A program made the position numbers and the translations under genes. Of a stretch of DNA of 64,000 bases, positions 1 through 13,173 are shown one piece after another (the stretch's first letter is position 1; each line of letters begins with the position of its first letter). The DNA is taken from NCBI GenBank assembly GCA_964016885.1, contig OZ024741.1, positions 294,376,001-294,440,000 on the forward strand, written 5' to 3'. Origin of the DNA: Eledone cirrhosa. Lineage: Eukaryota. Below the pieces are notes generated by a model. That model saw only the letters and a list, made by a program, of their open reading frames with translations, had not been told where the DNA came from and did not search any database.

Positions 1-190
1 GGTAGATTGGCAGTATTGGTAGAGGGTCTAACGCCATGCTTTGCAGCATAGAGTTACGGGCCTTTACGATCTGAGTTCAAATCCCGCCGTGGTTAACTTT
101 GCCTTTCATCCTTACGGGGTAGATAAAATAAAGTACCAGTAATACACTGGGATAATTGCTGGCATTGTGCCAAAAGTAGAAACAATTATT
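1..190 (+). mobile_element. tRNA-derived SINE, family A (5' end cut by the window edge)
   Basis: A-box-like TGGCAGTATTGGTAGA, B-box GAGTTCAAATCCC, central TTTGCCTTTCATCCTTACGGGGT(C/A)GATAAAATAAAGTACCAG and (ATT)n tail. More than 15 near-identical copies in the window. Confidence 0.9.
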
Positions 191-688
191 TTATATATAC
201 TATTATATTTTCATGGTAAAGGCTTTACCTCACATGATATCGAATCTATGAGATTTTGAAAGTATTTATTTTGAGAACAATGACTTAACATCAGTTTGAG
301 CGACCAGTTACAGCCAGTTTCAACAGAGAGAGGTAGAGAATTCTGGCCGGTTTTGGCTGGTTTGAACATTAAAAGGTTAAAGGGGAGAAAATTCAGATGA
401 GTTGTTAAATAACAATGAAACCAGTCCCTAGATTGACTTTCAACTAAGATGCCAAAAAGGCCCTCATGGGGCATAATTTCATAAGAATAAAGATATATGA
501 AGATGACTCCATATGTTTATTTAGTCATAAACTGTAGTCTGAAACCTATTTAGTCATAAACTGACATAATGTTTCATATAAATGGATACATATTACTTAT
601 AACGCCTTTAATACAATGTACTTTTTTTGTTTGATTAAAAGATTTCTGTTAAGGATTGTAGTTTAATATTTTGTATAAGCATAGAGTC

Positions 689-762
689 TTTTCTTCTTCT
701 TCTTCTTCTTCTTCTTCTTCTTCTTCTTCTTCTTCTTCTTCTCCCTCCCCCCCTCCTCCTCC
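689..762. repeat. (CTT)n/(CCT)n microsatellite
   Basis: Direct inspection; explains the poly-Arg ORF 635..868. Confidence 0.95.
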
Positions 763-769
763 TTTCATT

Positions 770-1050
770 TAAACCTGAGTGGGTTATGCGGCTTCCAGTG
801 GATCCTGTCAGAAGCAACCGTCTCCAATTGATCCAGTTAGATCTCCAAGCAAGACCAGCCGAACTCATGGATGTTATTCAACCATCTTGAGTCGCCTGTC
901 AGTTGGTTTTGCCCATAAAATCTATCCAGCAGTTCTTTCCTGAGACATTCTAACCAATTCGAAGAAGTAATCACTCTACCTGGAGTGTCTCTCTGATCTC
1001 CAAGCTATGCACTCTATTGAGTAATGTTACTCCAAAGACCCTTATCAAAA
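770..1050 (-). mobile_element. Degenerate 3' fragment of an Expander/Rex3-like RTE LINE
   Basis: Homologous to 8190-8620 (+) and 61175-61510 (-). Minus-strand translation gives RTE C-terminal-like motifs. Confidence 0.65.
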
Positions 1051-1117
1051 TATGCAACATTTGTGCATCCATTCCATACCTTTCAAGACAGGTCACAGGC
1101 CCATTTCCAGTACTCAC

Positions 1118-1188
1118 AGCATCAGAGACTTCAATATATTTTTCAAACAGGCCCCTCTACCTAAGGTCTCAACATATCCTTTGTAACC
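1118..1188 (-). CDS. Weak candidate exon of a minus-strand host gene (GYKGYVETLGRGACLKNILKSLM)
   Basis: Acceptor tttatacttcatgcag, donor GTGAGT, one open frame. No recognisable homology. Confidence 0.2.
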
Positions 1189-2286
1189 CTGCATGAAGTA
1201 TAAATGTTTATATTGCAGTTTGTGGTGGTACTTTTCTCAAATCAGGGAAAAACTATGCTTTTTTAGGGCAGCTTTACTTGCCTAATCATAGCTATATCAC
1301 TGGGTTGTGAGAGTTTTCTTGGGAGCTAACAGTTTCAACCATTGCTCTATCTCCCATAGTAGTTTACCACCCTTCATCTGGCTGAAGTTGCTAATAACGC
1401 AACTAACCATCATAAATGGTGGCCATATCTCTATCCATCACCTGCACCCGATTCTCTAGCAGAATAGCTTTGCCAAGAACAAGAGTAACATTTTAAATGT
1501 AGTGGAATGAATACCTTTGATGACTGGTTTGCTTGGGCATGACTGAATGGGGCCAAACACCTATAAAAACAACAGGCTAGACAATTATTGACCCTTTTGA
1601 TACTGACACTGACCTTGGTTCTATGATACAAAACTTTCATTTAAAAGTGTTTATATTTATTTAAAAACCTTTCATGATCATTTTCTAGAAAAACCTTTGT
1701 ATTCCAAATACCAGCTTTATAACTAGGAAGTTTGTTAATTTACTAAATTTATCCAAATTCTTGATATCTTCAAATTGTTTTGAAAATGAAAGGCAGTGTC
1801 TTCCATTAGAAATATATTAATAAAAGGGTTAAAAACAATTCATACTAAATCCTCCTACAAATTGTCTAGAATACTTAATATGACAAACAAAGCTAGTATA
1901 AATGGAGGTTACTGCATGATAGATAGATGGAAGATTGGAGTCTGGCTGGCTTTCTTTGTAAGCAGTGTGTCAGTAATGGGCGAGATTCTGTGTCTGTGTA
2001 TTGTTGCTAGAAAATTCTGTTAGCTAGTTTTATGTGTAAGAGATAGACAGAAGAGACAGTGAACTATTATTATCAGTCAATGATCTACTATTGAAGACAA
2101 TTAAGAGGTTCTAAGAACAGAAATATCTGTGCATAGACCTATTTTCTCAGATATAGATACACATATATTTATGCTTATGTCTGTGTGTGCACATGTGTAT
2201 GCCCATGTATTTCATATATATATATATATATTCATATATAGCTTTATATATATATGTGTGTGTGTATATATATATATGCATGTATG

Positions 2287-2329
<43 letters not shown>

Positions 2330-3839
2330 ACAATGTATTATATATATATGTTTATGTGCATCATCTATTATAATCATTATCATTTTTATGTCTACCTTTC
2401 CATGCTGGCATATGTCAAATGGGACATTTTGTGACAGTATTTTACACTCAGATGTCTTGCTTAATGCCAACCCTTAAATTATGTATTCGTTGATATAACT
2501 ATTGCTGCTGAGAGTCTGGACATTGAAACAAATTTTGTTTTTGCAGATACACATATATGATATATATTCAAGGTCAACTTTGCCTTTCATCCTTTTGAGG
2601 TTAATGAAAAGTACCAATCAAGTACTGGGGTCGATTCTTCCTCTGTATCTCTTTCTCATTTCCATTCAATCACTCTCTAACCTTCTTTGGAAGAAATCTG
2701 TTGTACTCATACCTGAAGAGTAGATGGGCTCTACCAGGTTTTAAAAATATCCTTGAAATATAGTATGTCAATATGACACCCTTATGACTCCATCGGGAGT
2801 TGTGAGAAGAAAGAAAAGAAGAATATATATTGCTTGTTATTGTTATTAACATAAACATCAGAACCAGAAAAAATATTATGAAGGTGTTATGTACGGCCCA
2901 CGCTACTATATCGAAATAAAACATTTACATTAATAGAATTATCATAAAATATATTATGGACCAAACATAAAATCAACAATAAAGTACTAAAAGTTACAAA
3001 AACTAAGAAACTTTTGCTAAACACCAACAAAGAGAAAAAACTTAAAATATTTTTATATTAAGAAAAAAAATAGGAGGAGAGAAGTAGGGAGAGTTTTTTT
3101 ATTGCACTGTAGTTAAATCATGATTAATGATTGTTTTTTTCTCTTCTTCTTCTTGCAGGTAAGATCTTCTTGCAGTTAACATTTAAATGAATAAATGTTT
3201 GGTTCTGTCAGAAAAACTTGATTAGATATTCAAGAGAAGGTAACATTTTATTTCATTGCTTGCTATAGGTATAGCTCGAGCAGAACAAAATACAGAGCCA
3301 ACAGAAATAAAATTTCATTTTCCTTTGAAGCTATTGAAAAGATCCCACATCTCATTCATTTACCGACTGGGGTGGGACTTGTAAAATTGGACCGAGGAAA
3401 CAATATTTTCATTGATCTTTCCATTGCTGATACTATCTACCAGTCACAATTCCTAACAGAAAGAGCAATGTGAAATATAGCATCTTTCTCAAGGGTATAA
3501 TGCATCACCTGATCTGCGAACTGAACTCACAACCTCACGATTGTGAATCCAATTATCTGACCACTAAGCCCTGCACCTTCACATATATAAAATAAAATGC
3601 TGACCATCAAATTAGCCAGAAATGAAAGTATAGTAGGCCTTGTTAAAAAGTGAGATGAAGAATCATTTTTGTAAAGTTCTCTGTAAGCACCCCAACTAAT
3701 AAGGACTGAAGATGACATATACCTCTTGTTCATACATAAATACACATGCACACACATACATAGATGTGTATTTATACAGGAGATATAGGTTTACTACTTG
3801 ATATGCGCCTCAGTGTATATATATATATATATATAGTAA

Positions 3840-4034
3840 TAATAATTGTTTCTACTTTTGGCACAAGGCCAGCAATTACCCAGTGTATTACTGGTACTTT
3901 ATTTTATCGACCCCGTAAGGATGAAAGGCAAAGTTAACCTCGGCGGGATTTGAACTCAGAATGGCAAGGGCCGTAACTCTATGCATCAAAGCATGGCGTC
4001 CGACCCTCTACCGATACTGCCAATCCACCGCCCT
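3840..4034 (-). mobile_element. tRNA-derived SINE, family A
   Basis: Full-length reverse-complement copy of family A. Confidence 0.9.
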
Positions 4035-4130
4035 TATATATATAGTAGTAATAATAAATTTGAAGACTAAAATCCAAAGAGGGCTCGATAAGGATACATA
4101 TATATCAAATATATAAGAACCGTAGAGTAA

Positions 4131-4209
4131 ATATTTATTAAAATAACAGATTAAAGTTTAAGCAAAGAATCGCAGCGATTCTTTGCTTAAACTTTAATCT
4201 GTTATTTTA

Positions 4210-4217
<8 letters not shown>
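4131..4217. repeat. Perfect 43-bp inverted repeat (1-nt spacer) with a one-sided tail at ~4044-4130
   Basis: Arms 4131-4173 and 4175-4217 are exact reverse complements; flanked by (TA)n. Confidence 0.92.
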
Positions 4218-4282
<65 letters not shown>

Positions 4283-4283
<1 letters not shown>

Positions 4284-4618
4284 CATCATCATCATTTCAT
4301 CATTTCATTTTACGTCCGCTTTTCCCTGCTTGCAAGGGCCGGACGGGAACTGATTCTGGCTTGATTTGTACAGCTGGATGCCCTTCCTAACACCAACCTC
4401 ATTTACAGTGAGTCGTGGGTGCTTTTTTGGCGTGGCATCTCCATGACCACTTTGCAGTGGAATGATAGGGACATCTCATTTCTACAGCTGAGTAAACTGG
4501 AACAATGTGAAATAAAGTGTCTTGCTCAAGGAAACAACACATCACCCGGTCTGAGAATTGAATTCACAACCTTTCGATTGCAAGGCCAATGCTCTAACCA
4601 CTAAGCCATGTGCCTCCA
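4283..4618 (-). mobile_element. tRNA-derived CORE-like SINE (family B) with RTE-derived 3' tail
   Basis: Head TGGCTTAGTGGTTAGAGC...GAATTCAATTCTC, central CCTTGAGCAAGACACTTT. Tail CTTGCAAGCAGGGAAAAGCGGACGTAAAATGA is shared with the LINE end at 36849-36899. Confidence 0.8.
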
Positions 4619-4718
4619 TATATATATATATATGTATGTATGTGTGTGTGTGTGTGTGTATGCAAAATTATGTATGTATGTATGTTCATTTGGTTTTATT
4701 ATTTTATATATTTTCCGA

Positions 4719-4910
4719 TGGCGGTGGATTGGCAGTATCAGTAGAGGGTCGGACGCCATGCTTTGACGCATAGAGTTACGGCCCTTGCCATTCTGAGTTC
4801 AAATCCCGCCGAGGTTAACTTTGCCTTTCATCCTTACGGGGTCGATAAAATAAAGTACCAGCAATGCACTGGGTAATTGCTGGCCTTGTGCCAAAAGTAG
4901 AAACAATTAT
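4719..4910 (+). mobile_element. tRNA-derived SINE, family A
   Basis: Full-length copy. Confidence 0.9.
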
Positions 4911-5287
4911 TTTATATATTTTCACCAATAGAGAGAGAGTGTGCCTGTTTCTAACATACATACAAGACTCTTTCGTTGGAATTTAAACAACATCGACTAG
5001 GTAAATATGTATGTCTGTAGGTGTTTGTGTATGTATGTGTGTGTGTCTTTGTGCAGGTATGGATCTTATTGTATGAGTGAATCTGCAAGGTTTGAGTTAT
5101 ATGTGTACATGTGCATATGTTTCTATATATATACATGTGTTTATGTAGTTATTACATGCGAAATTTCTGAAAAGTTTTAGATAATTTTGCAGTTCCATTA
5201 ATGGACTGTAAAAGCAACTTCCTAACTAACTGCTTTTTCTGGTTCTATTTGTTTATGTACATACGTACATACATACATATATATATA

Positions 5288-6390
5288 TCATCATCATCAT
5301 CAATGTTTAATGTTCATTTTCCATGCTAGCATGGGTTAGACAGGCTGTCCCATTGGGAGACAAGCCAGGTCAGAGGACCATGTTTTGCTCACACACAAAT
5401 GATTTTGTCTTGGTTTCTATGGCTGGATGCCTTTCCTAATACCAAAAACATTTACAGTGTGTACTGGGTGCTTTGTGTCGTGACATCTACATGACCATTT
5501 TACAGTCTAGACTGGGCACTTTTTGTCGTGACACTTACATGACCACTTTACCATTTGGACTGGGCACTTTTTGTCATGTAACCAGCATGGCCACTTTACA
5601 TGGCATGAAGATGACTACTTTATAGTATGGATTGGGGACTTAGGTGGATGAGATGCATGGGGATTGAGGTGTTACGACATCTGTGGGGTGATTTACTACA
5701 TGGGGGGGGGGGGATCTATGGGAGAGAAGGTGGGGCGCACAAGATGTATGCCTCAGCCCCTGCATATAGGAAGACGGGAGTTCCGCATTACTGCATTGTG
5801 CCAGAGATCACAATCCTGTGTCATCACCTCATCACCTCATCCTAGGTCTTCCTAAATCTTCCAACAACTTTGAGCTCTCTGCAACTTTTTTATACAGCTG
5901 TCATCCTTCATATGCAACAACATGTCTATACCAATGCAATCTCCTCGCCATCTCATCCTTCTTATACCCAATTTCTCTCAATTCATTTATGCTTTGCCAT
6001 TCATGAATATTGCTATTACACATCCATCGAAGCATGGAAGCTTCATTTCTTTTCAATCTTCACAGGTTTCTGCACACAGTGTCACATCTCACTACCACGC
6101 ACCATTGCTTTTTGTATAGATGCATCATACAATCTGCTTTTCATTTTCAGGGATAAAACGTTTGTAGTTAGCAGCGGTAGTAACTCCCTGAACTTTCTCC
6201 AACCCATTCTCACTCTGGTTACTGTGCTTTTGGAACACCCTCCTCCACTGCTAATTTGGTTACCCAGGTAGCAAGATCTATCTACTACTTCTACAGAGCC
6301 ATCTGGTCATTTGAAGGAGATTGTATCCCATGAGCTCTTGCTACTTACTGCACCTGTGCATCAGCCACATGTAAAACCTATGTTCTTTTC
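5288..6390 (-). mobile_element. Degenerate 5'-truncated RTE LINE
   Basis: Homologous to 14349-15400: PHD end, YLG/RVRxGWxKF region, 3' UTR and (GAT)n tail. Multiple indels. Confidence 0.85.
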
Positions 6391-6467
6391 AAGCCTACCT
6401 AAGACCCCACTACATCTGTTGTATAGTTTGCATTTGGGACATAGGATGTATATATATACATATATAC

Positions 6468-6498
<31 letters not shown>

Positions 6499-6668
6499 TG
6501 TATGTATGTATGTATGTATCTTTGTATGTATGTGTGTATGTATGTATGTATATACTTTGTATAAGCCTATATAATAACTGATACACATATCAAATTAAGA
6601 TTTGTTTAATAATGTTGTAAATACAGTGGTACCAATGTTTCACCCTTCACTGAGTTTTTTCAAAGTAG

Positions 6669-6749
<81 letters not shown>

Positions 6750-7034
6750 TGAGTATGTTCGTATGCCTGTGTACTTCAAAATTTATTTTGGCATCAGCTT
6801 AAAGAAGTTTTGTTTTATTTTATTTTTCTTTCTTTTATTTTTTGTTAATTTTTTTTTTTTATTGCGGAATAGTGTGGTGTGGTGTGGGCTTTAGGATGGT
6901 GTGCCGTTCAAGGTGGTGATGCTTCACATTTGTTAACAAAATATTTAGTTTACTACACCCAGTATAAACCAAACTGTTTACTTTACTGCAAAATCCTGAC
7001 CAGACAAATCTATCTCTAAGATGTGTACAAAAAA

Positions 7035-7202
7035 ATCAGCAATTACCCAGTACATTACTGGTACTTTATTTTATCGACCCCGTAAGGATGAAAGGCAAAG
7101 TTAACCTCGGCAGGATTTGAACTCAGAATGGAAAGGGCCGTAACTCTATGCATCAAAGCATGGCGTCCGACCCTCTACCGATACTGGCAATCCACCGCCC
7201 TC
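7035..7202 (-). mobile_element. tRNA-derived SINE, family A
   Basis: Reverse-complement copy. Confidence 0.9.
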
Positions 7203-7218
7203 TAATAATAATAATAAT

Positions 7219-7548
7219 AATGCTTTCTTTATTAACCACAAGGGTTGACACAAAGTATAACATTAAGGACAACACTGGCCAATACAAATGGGCATTTCTG
7301 CGTGTAAAAAAAAACAAGAACAGAGTGTGACAAAAGGAAACAATGAAAAATTCCCAACAGGGGGGGCGGGGAGACCTCCGAGGGTTGCTCGTGGAGAAAG
7401 CCCACAAGAAAAGCCATGGTTACCCTGACCGCTAGGGCAAATGCCCTCTTCCAGTTTTCCTCCTACAATGCTACAGGCACACGCTCAGGGTAGGCCCATT
7501 CACACGGGCCATTCTTGCCTCTCTCACCCACCTTTCAACAAACTGGCT
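7219..7548 (-). mobile_element. 3' end of a Tx1/L1-like LINE
   Basis: Minus strand encodes SQFVERWVREARMARVNGPTLSVCL*, then a 3' UTR ending GTGGTTAATAAAGAAA. Homologous to 34522-34898 (+). Confidence 0.6.
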
Positions 7549-8189
7549 AATAACAGTAATATACAAAGAAATCTTTATTTTTTGTGTTGTTTTTATTTTT
7601 ATCAGGATATTGTTTATAAGTAGTAACCAATCTTCTCTAAATATAAAATACTGTTTCTTATTTTATCTGTTGTAAAGGTTGAAAGATTGTTTCATGAACT
7701 ATTTTTTACATATAAAATTTTACCCTAATACCTGGTGCAACCCATTGGCTTTGGACATGCTGAGGCACTGCCATTACTGTTCACAGTTGCAAGATTGGGT
7801 TTCAAGTAGTGAATTATGCTATTTTTCATGACTGTTGTAGTTTATTTGAATCATTCATCATCATCATCATCTTGTCCGCTTTACCATGCTTGCTAACACT
7901 TAAAATGTCATACTGAACTTTAATACATGCTGGTTGTTTCTAATTACACTATGGAATTTTCATGGTGTCAGCTAGTAAATAATAATAATAATAACAAAAA
8001 TATTGTAAGGCTACCTTAGATTCAGCATGCCAACCTTAACCTGTGAGGTCGTTGACATTGGGAGAGGGGCAACTACCTGAGGAAGCCATGCCAAATATTG
8101 AGTGGATGAAGAAGATGAGGTCACTCTGACCTGTCTCATCTTGGGCTGTGATAGTCTGTCCAAAACTTGCCAATATAAAAGAAGGATGA

Positions 8190-8620
8190 TATTTGTATGC
8201 AGGCTTAAGTGTAATGACCAAAAGAATATGATCATGAATACAAGTGGCTGAAATGGGGTTCCTCCAAAGGGTCTTTGGAGTAACGTTTTACTCGATAGTG
8301 TGTGTAAATGGAAGATTGGAGAGTTGCTTCAGGTAGAGCTGCTACTTCTCTTAATTGAAAGAGCACAGCTCTGATATTATGGACATGTGTTTAAAATGTC
8401 TTAGAAAAGAATTGCTGGACAGATTTTATGGGCAAAACCAACTGGCGGAGACCCAGGTGTAGACTACAAGCACGATGATTGGATAACATACATGAGATTG
8501 GTTGGTCTCACTTGGGGTTACACTTGGATCAATTAGAGATGGTTGCTTCTGAGAGGAACTGCTGGAGGGTGTGTTTCAAGAAATAGCCCCTATGACCATC
8601 GCAGGAATAAATGGGTGGAT
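8190..8620 (+). mobile_element. Degenerate Expander/Rex3-like RTE 3' fragment
   Basis: Frameshifted translation IQVAEMGFLQRVFGVT...LLIERAQL*YYGHVFKM...ILWAKPTG, typical of the RTE C-terminus. Confidence 0.7.
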
Positions 8621-9207
8621 AAGAAGGAAAAGGGTTAAGGTATACATATTCTAAACTGGATATTTATTTCGGTCGACTCAAGCCTTGTGAGTGAAATTGG
8701 GTTGATGGAAACTGTGTCAACCCTTCAAATGGATTTTACATATGATGAAGGGTAAGACAAAGAATCCAGCATTGTCACATAGTTTTACCCCTCATCCCTT
8801 CCACCCCTATTCCTATGACCATTATATCTCTCCAATTCCACTACTACCCACTCATACTTCTTAAAGTTGACCTCTATTTTTCAAGTCAATAGCAAACAAA
8901 TATCTCAACCACTTCCACATTAATTCCTAAGTTTAATGTTCATTCAACGGAACAACTGAATGACAATCTTCAAAATTGATAGACAATTCATTGTCATCCA
9001 TGGATACAAGTAAATATAACATTACTGAAAGTTCAATGTTTCCAGCTGGCTGGTGTATAACATTTATGAAAAGAATGGGTTAGTACTACGTTAGTAACCC
9101 AGTATTGATGAGTGACTCATGAAACTATCATGCAGATGTTAGAAATGTATTTTGAATAAACTTTATTGAAATCAATTTGTAAATATTTGTTTCATTATAA
9201 CACACAT

Positions 9208-9400
9208 GGGTGGTGGATTGGCAGTATCGGTAGAGGGTCGGACGCCATGCTTTGCAACAAAGAGTTACGGCCCTTTATGGTCTGAGTTCAAATCCCGCCG
9301 AGGTTAACTTTGCCTTTCATGCTTACAGGGTCGATAAAATAAAGTACCAGTAATACACTGGGTAATTGCTGGCCTTGTGCAAAAAGTAGAAGCAATTATA
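9208..9400 (+). mobile_element. tRNA-derived SINE, family A
   Basis: Full-length copy. Confidence 0.9.
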
Positions 9401-10039
9401 ACACACTTTCATTAATTCATATATTCATGCCTTCCATATGTGCAAAACAAATAAGTATATGATGTTCCCTATTTGCCAGCTGCAATAGGCTGTATTTATA
9501 ACCATTCAACTACATGTGGTGAGCATATAATTCCATGCCATTTGCTCTTAAATCCTAATTGAGTCATTGGTACAGTTTGTCTTGGGTATTTAAACTTGGC
9601 AGATCCGAACACAGCTGATTTCTTCCAGTAAAACAAAGTTAAAGAGCTAGGGAAAGGAAATAAGAAAGGGATATAGAAAATGAATTAAATAATACTTTAT
9701 TTATTAACCTTAACGGATGAAAAGCAAAGTTGAGCTCAGTCGAATTTGAAATGCTGAGAGTCAGAGCAAATACTGCAAAGCATTCTATCCAATGTTCTAA
9801 TGACTCTGCCAATTAACTGGCTTTGTTCTAAGGATAGATCATAGAAACTCAGTGTTATGGCATCTATGGTTCTGAGATTTTTCTTGACAGTATTGGCAAT
9901 AATCAGGATTATTATTTAAATGTGAATACATACAGTATTCATGAAAAGCACCATGCACCTTAGGTACATGTCAATGCCTGATGCTCAAATATTATATCTA
10001 TAATCCCAAAGGAAGCGTGAATTATCTACAGGTAGTTGT

Positions 10040-10400
10040 AAAGGTGTGTGGCTTAATGGTTAGAGCAGCATTGATCTCTCAATCATAAGGTTGTGAATTC
10101 AAATCCTAGACTGGGCAGTGTGTTTTGTTCTTGAGTAAGACATTTTATTTCAGTTGCTCCAGTTTACTCAGCTATAGAAATGAATTATGATGTCACTGGT
10201 GCTATGCTGTATAAGCCATTGCCTTTCCCTCAGGCAAAATCAGGGATATGGAGAGGGGAGACCAGCATGCATGGGCAACTGCTGCTCTTCCACAAACACA
10301 CCTTGCCAAAGCTTGTTCCTCAGAGGGGAAATTTCCAGGTGCAAAATCATGGTCATTTGCAACTGAAGGTGGCCTTCCTGCATTTAAGGCATTAAATTGT
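10040..10400 (+). mobile_element. CORE-like tRNA SINE (family B variant)
   Basis: TGGCTTAATGGTTAGAGC head, GAATTCAAATCC B-box, TTCTTGAGTAAGACATTT core. Confidence 0.65.
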
Positions 10401-10712
10401 TGGCTAGAGTCATTAGAACGTTGGCTAGAGTGCTTTGTGGCATTTGTTTCAACTTTCTGCTCTCTGAGTTCAAATCCTGCCAAGATCAACTTTGCCTTTC
10501 ATCCATTCAAGGGCAATAATAAAGTAGCAGTCAAATACTGATGTCGCTTCTTCCTCTATATCTCTTTCTCATTTCCATTCTCTCACTCCCTATCATTCTC
10601 TGGAAGAAATCTTCTGTACTAAGACATGTAGAAGGATTGGCCACATCTGGCTTAAAATGCCCAAGAAATGCTGTATGTCATGATACTGCCCCTACGACTC
10701 CATCAGGAGTTA
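10400..10712 (+). mobile_element. Family-A-related SINE with an alternative ~170-bp 3' module
   Basis: Family A core followed by TTCTTCCTCTATATCTCTTTCTC...CCCCTACGACTCC. The same module occurs at 2570-2800 and 43155-43470. Confidence 0.65.
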
Positions 10713-11407
10713 CAGGACTTACCATACTATACTGCAATTTACATACAAATATACACAATATGTTAAATGATCATTAAATTTCATAAGTATACCCACATCA
10801 GAAATTATATTGAGCAATGTCTGACTCAATACATAAAGTTGACATTGGTAGCACTGAAATACTGTTTATAATTATAATCTATAATTATAATCTATAATTA
10901 TAATCTAGACAAACATTTGTATTAGGATTAGATACTATCTATATACAATACAATTTATGTTCTATGAAATTACATATTCAAAACATATGATGAATTTAAT
11001 GTAAAATATTTTATTTTTATTTTTTCATTTTCTGAAAATTTAAAATACTATGTTTCAATGTATTAAGAATTTGATTTTTTAAAAGATTAATTAAAAGTAT
11101 ATGGTTTAATTTAAAAAAAAGAACATTTGTTTACCAGATCCTAAATATCTGATGTTGAAAATGTATAAAAATAGAAAGAACTTTCTCTTTCTTTATTTGT
11201 TATGTATGCATGGAAGATAGACGTTAAACTATGATGATAATAAAAATGTTAGAGAGATTTTTTTTAGTCCATGCTTAAACACTTTGTTTTTTTCTGACAT
11301 GTCTATGAAACCAATCACAAATTACTATAGTAATTATATCATCATCATAATCATTTATGTTCACTTTACATGGGTTGTTACTTTTATTACCTCCATTTGA
11401 AGTATAG

Positions 11408-11680
11408 TGGAAGCATGTGGCCTAGTGGTAAGTGCGTTGGACTTTTTATCATAATGTCATAGATTCGATTCCTGGGTTGGGTTGTATGTTGTGTTCTTGA
11501 GCAAAACACTTCATTTCACGTTGCTCCAGTATACTCTGCTGAAAATCAGTACCCACAATAGCTGGGAGTTTAATCCTGTGATGGACTGACATCCTGTCTT
11601 GTACTCTCAGCCACTTCACACCATAAAACTGGGATAAGCACTGGTTCTGATGAACTTTATGGCTTGCGTAAGACTTAGAT
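11408..11680 (+). mobile_element. CORE-like tRNA SINE (family B variant)
   Basis: TGGCCTAGTGGTAAG head, GATTCGATTCC B-box, TTCTTGAGCAAAACACTT core. Related copies at ~3420-3580, 27420-27680 and 47990-48165 (all -). Confidence 0.65.
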
Positions 11681-11924
11681 TTGAAATATACTCTGTTCAG
11701 TATGAAACTGAAGACCATGGAAAAGCAATAACATTTATATTATATAATATATACTTATATACATGCATATACACATATATACGCATATACATGCATGTAC
11801 ACACACACACACACACATGTACATATATATATATATATATATACACATACATATATATACATATACATACATATATATATATATACACATACTTACATAT
11901 ATATATATTTATATATATATACAC

Positions 11925-11957
<33 letters not shown>

Positions 11958-11969
11958 CATACATACACA

Positions 11970-12030
<61 letters not shown>

Positions 12031-13142
12031 CGTAGTTATCAATATAACATAAACAATAATGTATTTTTCATGGCATGTTTCCCAGCTCTTAATTAAAGAC
12101 AACCACTGAGTTGTAAGAAGTTAACAACAGACGTTTTAAGAACATTTCTTTTACTTTGACCGGCATTGGAAGATTTGCCTTTGAAAATGTTATTTCATAT
12201 TTAATCTATTTATTTATCTAATTATCTATTTATTTATTCATATATTAAATTTCTCTTTAGTTGTTTGGTGCCAGACAGGTTATATTTGTGAGTGGGATCA
12301 ACAGGTAAATGAAAAATATAAAAGAATTATGTAGTTTTTTTGTTTGTGTGAAAGAAACCCACCTACATTCAGAGAGTTTGATCCACCATAAAATAACATC
12401 ACATATTGATCCTGGTTTAAATCAATATTTTAGTATAACAGCTGGTAGATTATATCTTAATCATTGAACCAATCATCATTATCATCATTATTTTACATTT
12501 ACTTTCCATATTTTTCTTCTGGACTAGGTGGACCATTGTGGTCTGAGTCAGTTTGTATTCTGAGTTATACTACTCTCTTACACTGCTACATCTACTACTA
12601 CATCTCCATTGTTATGTTCCATTTTTGGCATGGCTTTTCTGATTAGATCTTTGACTCTAATTCCAATCACTTTACTAAAGAGACCCCCCCCCCCTCTCTC
12701 TCTCTCTCTCACACACACACATTGTCACAATTTGATTGCCAACCACTTTACAGAGTGTTTTAGGTGCACTTATCATGTCCTGGGGAAGCTGCCCTTTTCC
12801 TTGCAAAATTAAAGAGACCTCTTCACCTTAGGTAATCTTGGATCTTTCATGAAAGTGTGATTTGAAAAGGAGTGATGGTCAATTGGTTGAAAGGGCTGTT
12901 AACTCCTGTATTATTTGTTCTGACTACCTGTATTCTGATTTCAATGGTAACATTTGCCATTCATCTTTTCAGAGTTGATGAAAGAAGAAGGCATGTGTAT
13001 ATATATGTATGTATGTTTGTATGTATGTGTGTATGTATGTGTGTGTGTGTGTGTGTAGATAGGTAGGTAGGTAGGCAGGTATATATGTATGTATATATGT
13101 ATGTATGTAAGTGTGTGTGTGTGTATGTTTTGTATATATGCA

Positions 13143-13173
<31 letters not shown>

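Noticed and set aside
1-100. SINE heads as tRNA genes
   Set aside because: They have A/B boxes but no complete cloverleaf, and are always fused to the same core and tail.
8011-8235. Minus-strand ORFs as a host exon
   Set aside because: The sequence resembles a decayed RTE/SINE tail (GATGCCCTTCCTAA..CCAACCAC-like) adjoining an RTE fragment.
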